Origin: Candidatus Aenigmatarchaeota archaeon
GTDB lineage: Archaea > Aenigmatarchaeota > Aenigmatarchaeia > PWEA01
Reading direction: 5' to 3'
DNA length: 39,180 bases
Assembly: GCA_003555465.1 (NCBI GenBank)
Contig: PWIB01000007.1
Location: 1 to 39,180 of the forward strand
Shown here: positions 32,992-39,180 of the stretch, piece by piece
How the letters are laid out: every line of letters starts with the position of its first letter
How positions within the stretch are numbered: the stretch's first letter is position 1
Notes under the pieces: model-generated
Told to the model about the DNA's origin: nothing
Databases searched by the model: none
Seen by the model: the letters and a program-made list of their open reading frames with translations, nothing else
Translations under genes and position numbers: made by a program

Positions 32992-33290
32992 TATTCCATC
33001 CCTAGCTCTTCCTTTGCCTCGTCGCTCATCTTATCAGGCGACCATGGAGGATCGAAGACCATGTCTACTCCAACCTTCTCTACCCCTTCCAGCTCCGATA
33101 CTCCTTCCTCGACCTTATTCACGAAAACTTTGTGCATCGGACATCCTGGCGAGGTAAGGGTCATCTCTATCTCCACTTCGCCGTTGTTTACCTCAACATC
33201 GTAGATGAAGCCCATGTTGACTATATCGATCTTTGTATCGGGATCCTCTATTTCACCTAACTTCTCCATAACGTCTTCCTCGGAAACCAT
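32991..33290 (-). CDS. DUF59 / MIP18-family Fe-S assembly protein
   Basis: EIEDPDTKIDIVNMGFIYDV...MTLTSPGCPM...VFDPPWSPDKMS is the DUF59 (SufT/PaaD-like) signature. Confidence 0.85.
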   Translation of the reverse strand: MVSEEDVMEKLGEIEDPDTKIDIVNMGFIYDVEVNNGEVEIEMTLTSPGCPMHKVFVNKVEEGVSELEGVEKVGVDMVFDPPWSPDKMSDEAKEELGME

Positions 33291-33343
33291 TTTAACACCT
33301 CTTTACTTCAAACTTTTTAACCTAAAAAAGCTTTAGTGTAACT

Positions 33344-35623
33344 ATGCCGGACTATGTTGTAGGCCTGGAGGAGGTGGACAAAGACGATGTAGGCCTTGTA
33401 GGCGGAAAAAACGCCTCACTGGGCGAGATGATAAGCGACGTAGAGGTTCCTGTTCCTCCTGGATTCGCTGTAACGTCAAAGGGCTACGACTTCTTCATAT
33501 GGAAAGCAGGCATAAAGAAGGATATAAGAAGCATACTCGAAGATGCAGATATAGACAACGTGGACGAGCTCAGAGAAGCAGGGAAGGAAGTGAGGGAGTT
33601 TATAAAAAATTCTGAAGTTCCCAAGGAACTCAGAGAAGAGATAAGAGAGGAATACGAAAGGCTTTCTGAGAAGCTGGGCATGGAAGAGCCTCTCGTAGCT
33701 GTCAGAAGCTCAGCCACAGCCGAGGACCTTCCAACGGCGTCATTTGCAGGACAGCAGGATACCTACCTGAATATATCAGGCGTAGAAGAGCTTGTCGAAG
33801 CTACCAAAAAGTGCATAGCATCACTCTTCACGGACAGAGCTATACACTACAGGGAGGAGAAGGGATTCAACCATTTCAAGGTGAAGCTATCCGTCGGAGT
33901 ACAGAAGATGGTCGACGCATCATGCTCCGGAATAATGTTTACAATACAGCCTGATTCCGGTTACGAGAAAATTCTGCATATAGACGGCAGCTGGGGACTC
34001 GGGGAGATGGTAGTAGGCGGGAAGGTAAATCCTGATAGATACAGCTATTTCAAGCCCACTGAAAGCCTTGTGTCCCGTGACCTCGGCAAAAAGGAGAAAG
34101 AGATGGTCCGGGAGAACGAAGAGACAAAGGTAAAGGAAGTCAGCGAGGAGAGGAGAGAAAGGTACGTACTCAGCGAGGAGGAAGCCGAGGAGCTTTCCGA
34201 ATACGGCGTAATGATAGAGCAACACTACGGAAGGCCCATGGACATCGAGTGGGCAAGAGACAAGGATACAGGACAGCTGTACATACTACAGGCAAGGCCT
34301 GAAACCGTTCATTCGCAGAAGGAAGGTAATGTACTAAAGAACTACCGCCTGGAAGAGGAAGGCGAACTGCTGTGTACAGGCCAGGCTATAGGAAGGAAGA
34401 TAGGCTCAGGTGAAGTAAACGTTATAATGGACTCGGAGGAGATCGGAAGGTTTGATGAAGGGGAAATCCTGGTTACGGACATGACGGACCCGGACTGGGA
34501 GCCTGTTATGAAGAAGGCCTCGGCTATAGTCACGGAGAAAGGCGGCGCAACCTCCCACGCAGCCATAGTTTCCAGAGAGTTGGGAATACCTGCTGTCGTA
34601 GGCACTGAAGACGCAAGTGAGGTCCTCGAAACCGGACAGGAAGCTACGGTCGACTGTTCAGGTGGCGAGGGTAAGATATTAGAAGGAAAAATAAAGTTCA
34701 GTGTCGAAGAGAAGGACATAGAGGAGATACCTGAAACAGAAACGGACGTTCTTTTGAATGTAGGTGTCCCTGAAAACTCCTTCGACCTCGGACAGTATCC
34801 TGTACAGGGTGTTGGTCTGGCCAGACAGGAGTTCATCGTAGGTTCCTATATAGGTGAACACCCCCTTAAGATGGTGGAACAAGACAGAGGTGGGGAGTAC
34901 ATAAAGGAACTTTCCTATGCGATAGGAAAGATAGGTGCAGGTTTTTACCCGCGGCCTGTAGTCGTAAGGTTATCCGACTTCAAGACGAATGAATACGCGG
35001 ACCTCGAAGGCGGTGAGGACTACGAGCCAAAGGAGGAGAACCCGATGATAGGCTGGAGGGGAGCCTCGAGATACGTTTCAGAGGAGTTCAAAGAGGCCTT
35101 CAGGCTCGAATGTGAAGCTATAAAGCGCGTAAGAGAAGGGATGGGACTTGAAAACGTCAAGATAATGGTTCCTTTCTGCAGAACCTTAGAGGAGGCAAAG
35201 AGGGTCAAGAAAAGGCTGGAGGAAAATGGACTGGTCCAAGGTGAAAACGGTCTCGAAATATATATGATGGCCGAGGTCCCCTCGAACGTTGTACTTGCCG
35301 ACAGGTTTGCCGAGGAGTTCGACGGCTTCTCCGTTGGATCCAACGACCTGACACAGCTTATGTTAGGTGTGGACAGAGACAACGAAAACCTTCAGCATAT
35401 TTTCGACGAGAGGAACGAAGCAGTGAAAAGAAGGATAAGTGAACTGATAGACAAGGCGAAGGAAAATGACAAGGAAGTAAGTATCTGCGGAAACGCTCCC
35501 TCGATGTATCCTGAATACACGGAATTTCTCGTAAAGGAGGGTATAGACGCAATATCCGTAACTCCTGACGTAGCTTTGAAGACATTGTTCCGCGTCAAAG
35601 AAGCTGAAGAAAGTAAAGGTTAA
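33344..35623 (+). CDS. ppsA: phosphoenolpyruvate synthase
   Basis: 759 aa. VGGKNASLGEM, the phospho-His region TEKGGATSHAAIVSRELGIPAVVG, and a C-terminal PEP-utilising TIM domain with GSNDLTQL and ICGNAPS. Confidence 0.95.
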   Translation: MPDYVVGLEEVDKDDVGLVGGKNASLGEMISDVEVPVPPGFAVTSKGYDFFIWKAGIKKDIRSILEDADIDNVDELREAGKEVREFIKNSEVPKELREEIREEYERLSEKLGMEEPLVAVRSSATAEDLPTASFAGQQDTYLNISGVEELVEATKKCIASLFTDRAIHYREEKGFNHFKVKLSVGVQKMVDASCSGIMFTIQPDSGYEKILHIDGSWGLGEMVVGGKVNPDRYSYFKPTESLVSRDLGKKEKEMVRENEETKVKEVSEERRERYVLSEEEAEELSEYGVMIEQHYGRPMDIEWARDKDTGQLYILQARPETVHSQKEGNVLKNYRLEEEGELLCTGQAIGRKIGSGEVNVIMDSEEIGRFDEGEILVTDMTDPDWEPVMKKASAIVTEKGGATSHAAIVSRELGIPAVVGTEDASEVLETGQEATVDCSGGEGKILEGKIKFSVEEKDIEEIPETETDVLLNVGVPENSFDLGQYPVQGVGLARQEFIVGSYIGEHPLKMVEQDRGGEYIKELSYAIGKIGAGFYPRPVVVRLSDFKTNEYADLEGGEDYEPKEENPMIGWRGASRYVSEEFKEAFRLECEAIKRVREGMGLENVKIMVPFCRTLEEAKRVKKRLEENGLVQGENGLEIYMMAEVPSNVVLADRFAEEFDGFSVGSNDLTQLMLGVDRDNENLQHIFDERNEAVKRRISELIDKAKENDKEVSICGNAPSMYPEYTEFLVKEGIDAISVTPDVALKTLFRVKEAEESKG

Positions 35624-35656
35624 GAATTTTAAGCCTTCCTCCTAAAATCTCCTTGT

Positions 35657-36010
35657 ATGGTCGAAGTATCACATAAGGATGAGAAGTTCGTTGAAGCTCA
35701 AACCAAGGACTCCTTTACAGGTAAGTTAATAGGCCTTATGTTCCGAAGACTGGATAAAGAAGAAGGTCTGTTGCTGGAGTTTTCAAATGAAGGAAAGTGG
35801 GGTATATGGATGCTTTTTGTACCTCAGGACCTCGGCCTGCTATTTCTCGACAAAAACAAGGAGATAGTCGACATGAAGGAGGCGAAGAAGATTAGCTTAA
35901 ACCCGGAAACATGGAAGATTTATAAGCCTGAGGAGAAATGCAAGTATGTGCTGGAATGCAACACGGAAAAGCTAAACACAATCGAAAAGGGTGAAAAACT
36001 GAATTGGTAA
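35657..36010 (+). CDS. DUF192 family protein
   Basis: GLMFRR...EEGLLLEF...WGIWMLFVPQDLGLLFLDKNKEIV follows the DUF192 (COG1430) pattern. Confidence 0.7.
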   Translation: MVEVSHKDEKFVEAQTKDSFTGKLIGLMFRRLDKEEGLLLEFSNEGKWGIWMLFVPQDLGLLFLDKNKEIVDMKEAKKISLNPETWKIYKPEEKCKYVLECNTEKLNTIEKGEKLNW

Positions 36011-36011
36011 T

Positions 36012-36902
36012 ATGGACGAGGAAGTTCTAAGAAAGTACAGGATGGCAGGAGATATAGCAGCCAAGGCAAGAGAGTTCGGCAAAGAGCTTGTAGAGGAAGG
36101 AGCTTCATATCTGGAGGTCGTCGAAAAAACCGAAGAGAAGATAAGAGACCTAGGCGGCAAACCGGCATTTCCTGTTAACCTCTCAGTAAACGAAGTAGGT
36201 GCCCATGACACAGCCGACGTCGGTGAGAAAAGAAAGATCGACTCGGGCCTTGTCAAGCTGGACGTCGGAGTTCACGTGGACGGATACATAGGCGACACTG
36301 CTGTAACTGTACCTGTGAACACGGAAAAGGAAGAGCTCGTGGAAGCATCGAGAAGAGCTCTGGACAACGCGCTGGAGATGATAGAACCCGGAAGAAAGGT
36401 ATCCGAGGTCTCTTCGAAAATAGAGGAGACCATAAAGGAGTTCGGATACAACCCTATAAGGAATCTAACCGGCCACGGCCTTGAGCAGTACGACCTGCAT
36501 GCTAAAATAGAGTTTCCGAATGTAGAAACGGGAATAGACTACGAGCTGAAGGAAGGTGACGTCTTTGCCCTGGAGCCCTTCGCTACAGACGGCTCGGGAA
36601 AGGTGATCGAGTCAAATCGCAAGCTTATACTTATGTGGAAGGAGGACAAATCCGTGAGGTCCCGCGAAGGAAGGAAGATACTGAAGATGGCCAAGGATGA
36701 TTTCAACAAGCTTCCATTTTCAAAGAGATGGCTGACCGAGAATGTATCCAAGCTTAGACTGAAGATGTCCCTTAGACAGCTAACAGATAGAAACGCATTG
36801 CATGAATACCCGGTTCTGAGGGAGGTAGACAAAGGAGACATATCCCAGGCTGAGCATACAGTAATAGTGAAGGACGAACCTGAGGTAACAACGAAAGTTT
36901 AG
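36012..36902 (+). CDS. map: type 2 methionine aminopeptidase
   Basis: 296 aa. PVNLSVNEVGAHD, KLDVGVHVDGYIGDTA, NLTGHGL, ALEPFAT and AQAEHTV carry the metal ligands of the archaeal MetAP2 type. Confidence 0.9.
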   Translation: MDEEVLRKYRMAGDIAAKAREFGKELVEEGASYLEVVEKTEEKIRDLGGKPAFPVNLSVNEVGAHDTADVGEKRKIDSGLVKLDVGVHVDGYIGDTAVTVPVNTEKEELVEASRRALDNALEMIEPGRKVSEVSSKIEETIKEFGYNPIRNLTGHGLEQYDLHAKIEFPNVETGIDYELKEGDVFALEPFATDGSGKVIESNRKLILMWKEDKSVRSREGRKILKMAKDDFNKLPFSKRWLTENVSKLRLKMSLRQLTDRNALHEYPVLREVDKGDISQAEHTVIVKDEPEVTTKV

Positions 36903-39180
36903 TCCGACCAGTACTTCTTAGTTCTTGTATACTCCTTCTCCTTTTCAAGTATAGCTTCGTAGAACTCATCTTCATCGTCCTTCTGCTGTGCAAGTATCCT
37001 TATAGCTGTTTCGGGTCCAACGCCCTTTCCTGCCAGAGCCTTTATGAACTCCCTACCGTATGTGAGTACGAGGTCGGCTGTATGCTCCATCCTGTCCCTC
37101 ATATCCTCCTCTTTCTCCGTAAGTTCTTTGCCTTCAACTATCTTCTCCAGTACCTCTTCCTTCCTCTCCTCATAAGGCTTGACAACAGTTATCCTTCCGG
37201 AACCGCAGGAAGAGCACTTTATATCATCGGACAGGTCCCTGACCTTCTTGGTTATCCTGTACTCGCCGCATCGCATACACATGAGACGAACCTTTGTGTT
37301 CTTTATCCTGTTCTTGAAAGCTTTGAATATCTCCTTCTGAGGCTTTTCAGGCCCCATCAGCTCCTGGAACTTGTGGCTCAAGCCCTTTTCGCCTATTTCA
37401 CCGCCCTCACACTCCCTCAGCTCCAGCTTCCCTTCCTGTATCCTCTTAAGCACTTGTTTAGCTCCATCCAAATCCAGCTTCTCCTGGAAAACCTCCCTCT
37501 TCGCTTCGTCGTGTATAGGTGAGTCACGGTAGGACTTCACAATACCGTCTATATTCACCTTGTCCCACTTAGCACGTTTCTGCACAGCTCCGAATCTCTT
37601 CGCAGCGTGTATGAAGCGCCATTTGAAAAGCTGACTCTTCTCTATAGAATCATCAAGAATCATCTCCAGGTCCTCTGGCTCAGTTCTCTCCATAACGCTC
37701 TTAACCATTTGAAGATCAGCTCCCCGGACCATTATCCTATAAGGATCGTTCTTCACAGCTATAGACCTTCCTTTCTCCTTCATAAGGACAGAAGCGAGGA
37801 ACTTTGAAAGAGTCTGGTTGGTCAAAGTCCCGTTACAGGAATGTATTACAACGAACTTCCCCTTCTTCTCGAGGAACATCTCACCTTCTTTAGCTATCTC
37901 TCCCATACTCTCCTTAACGTACTTCGCTATGTTGTCGGCAGCACCCTCCGAGACAGGATACTCTTCCATTACTCTTTCCTTCGCTTCGTCTATACCTTCC
38001 TCCTGTATCCATCCTTTGACCTTCCTGCGTAGCTCCTCGACGTCCTTGGCAACGCTCCTCGGTACAGGTATTAGTTCACCTTCCCAGGCCGGAACAGCTG
38101 AATCAATCTCGTTGACAGGCTCGACAAGCACCTTTCCTTCATCCACTGAAAGAATCCTCCAGCTCCTTCCCTTCATGATGAAGGTGGTTCCTGGTTCGCC
38201 GTACTCCGCTACAAAGGACTCGTCCAGCTGACCCACGTCCTGGCTCTGTACTGTGTCTACGACCTGATAGTTGTATACGTCCGGTATTGTAGACAGGTTC
38301 TCGTAGTAGTACTCCCAGGCCTTCTTCGACCTTTTCACCTTCTCGTCTATCCAGAGGTAGTATAAATTCGAAAGGAAACGTAGCACTTCATAGAACTTCT
38401 GCTCCGAAAGCTCGCTGTAGAAGTAGCTTCTGGTGACTAAATCATAGATCTCCTTCCAATCAAGTCCGTACTCGTCTATACAGTAACCTACGACCTGGTT
38501 GGCTAGAACGTCTAAAGCTCCCTTATGGAACTTCGTAGGCTCCAGCTCCTTATCCAGAGCTTTCTTAGCTATTACAGCCGATTCGATTACATCGTCATCG
38601 TTCCTTGCTATTATCTTTCCACGGGACTCTGCCTCCACCTGATGACCACTTCGACCTATCCTCTGAAGAAGTCTCTTGACCTGCCTCGGCGAACCATACT
38701 GGAGAACTCGGTCTATATGACCAATATCTATACCTAGCTCGAGGGAAGACGTACATATAAGGCTCTTTATCTCGCCTTCCTTGAAGTCGTCCTCGTTGTC
38801 TATCCTTACGTCCTTGGACAACGAAGAGTGGTGTATTGAATGATCGTACTCCTTCTCCAGCCTGTTTAGGCGGGAGGAAAGCACTTCAGAAGACTCCCTT
38901 GTGTTCGTAAAGACGAGGGAGGACTCGCTTTCCTCTATGAGGTCATGGATCCTTCTGAGGCGTGACGCGGCCTCCTTGTCCGTGAAAAGCTTTTCTCCAA
39001 GCTCTTCGTCCTCCTGCCTCGCCTCGGGCATCTCTACATCTATCTCGAAGTCCTTGGTTTCAACAGCGCTTATAACCTCAGCTTCATCTGAAAGAGTACT
39101 CGCAACCTCCTCCGGCGAGCCTACAGTAGCGGAAAGTCCGATCATCTGAGGATTTCCACAAAGCTCCTTGAGCCTCTCGA
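36899..39180 (-). CDS. lhr: Lhr-type large DEAD/DEAH helicase, C-terminal about 760 aa (N-terminus beyond the right edge)
   Basis: The reading frame stays open to position 39180 (..ERLKELCGNPQMIGLSATVG). Contains SAT motif III, VFTNTR, TSSLELGIDIG and QRIGRSGH, plus a C-terminal CMRCG...CSSCG zinc ribbon. It converges on map with a 4-nt overlap. Confidence 0.85.
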   Translation of the reverse strand, partial: ERLKELCGNPQMIGLSATVGSPEEVASTLSDEAEVISAVETKDFEIDVEMPEARQEDEELGEKLFTDKEAASRLRRIHDLIEESESSLVFTNTRESSEVLSSRLNRLEKEYDHSIHHSSLSKDVRIDNEDDFKEGEIKSLICTSSLELGIDIGHIDRVLQYGSPRQVKRLLQRIGRSGHQVEAESRGKIIARNDDDVIESAVIAKKALDKELEPTKFHKGALDVLANQVVGYCIDEYGLDWKEIYDLVTRSYFYSELSEQKFYEVLRFLSNLYYLWIDEKVKRSKKAWEYYYENLSTIPDVYNYQVVDTVQSQDVGQLDESFVAEYGEPGTTFIMKGRSWRILSVDEGKVLVEPVNEIDSAVPAWEGELIPVPRSVAKDVEELRRKVKGWIQEEGIDEAKERVMEEYPVSEGAADNIAKYVKESMGEIAKEGEMFLEKKGKFVVIHSCNGTLTNQTLSKFLASVLMKEKGRSIAVKNDPYRIMVRGADLQMVKSVMERTEPEDLEMILDDSIEKSQLFKWRFIHAAKRFGAVQKRAKWDKVNIDGIVKSYRDSPIHDEAKREVFQEKLDLDGAKQVLKRIQEGKLELRECEGGEIGEKGLSHKFQELMGPEKPQKEIFKAFKNRIKNTKVRLMCMRCGEYRITKKVRDLSDDIKCSSCGSGRITVVKPYEERKEEVLEKIVEGKELTEKEEDMRDRMEHTADLVLTYGREFIKALAGKGVGPETAIRILAQQKDDEDEFYEAILEKEKEYTRTKKYWSD

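Noticed and set aside
1-39180. CRISPR arrays, transposases, integrases, prophage blocks, toxin-antitoxin pairs and known defence systems
   Set aside because: I saw no direct-repeat/spacer periodicity, no terminal inverted repeats flanking any gene and no recognisable defence or mobility enzymes. The only mobile elements are the two inteins.

Overview
The window is a compact, almost fully coding stretch of an archaeal chromosome. Archaeal markers are TBP, an MCM carrying two inteins, the RFC large subunit, aIF2-beta, Alba, Elp3, a type III RuBisCO and a type 2 MetAP. I count about 41 protein genes. Many are joined by ATGA or TGATG stop/start overlaps or by convergent 4-nt overlaps. I found no rRNA, tRNA, CRISPR array, transposase or integrase. 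The acidic (E/D-rich) proteome, tight gene packing and gene content point to a small-genome DPANN-type archaeon, possibly Nanohaloarchaeota-like. That placement is inference only.

Main blocks:
- 898-4787: a complete AMP-salvage (pentose bisphosphate) operon of R15P isomerase, RuBisCO form III and AMP phosphorylase, with a small SemiSWEET/PQ-loop-like membrane gene embedded between rbcL and deoA.
- 5669-5875: a roughly 200-nt GC-rich non-coding island that looks like a structured RNA. I could not assign a class.
- 9185-11459: a divergent Elp3 / Trm9-like pair.
- 12754-14232: a 492-aa surface protein with a prepilin-like N-terminus, four InlB B-repeat-like domains and a C-terminal six-Cys knottin-spaced module.
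- 14945-21321: an MCM - DUF3467 - OB-fold/winged-helix operon.
- 22873-32677: a MinD-led glycogen supercluster holding a debranching enzyme, three GT-B paralogs (one of them N-domain only), GH57, a short alpha-glucan phosphorylase and a cupin PGI.
- 32685-33290: a DUF59 - micropeptide - ferredoxin string that is missing from the ORF track.
- 33344-39180: PEP synthase, DUF192, MetAP and a truncated Lhr-type helicase.

No canonical defence or mobile system is visible. The most unusual candidates are the Cys-knot adhesin, the replication operon with DUF3467, the MinD-glycogen coupling, the half-GT paralog and the unclassified RNA.
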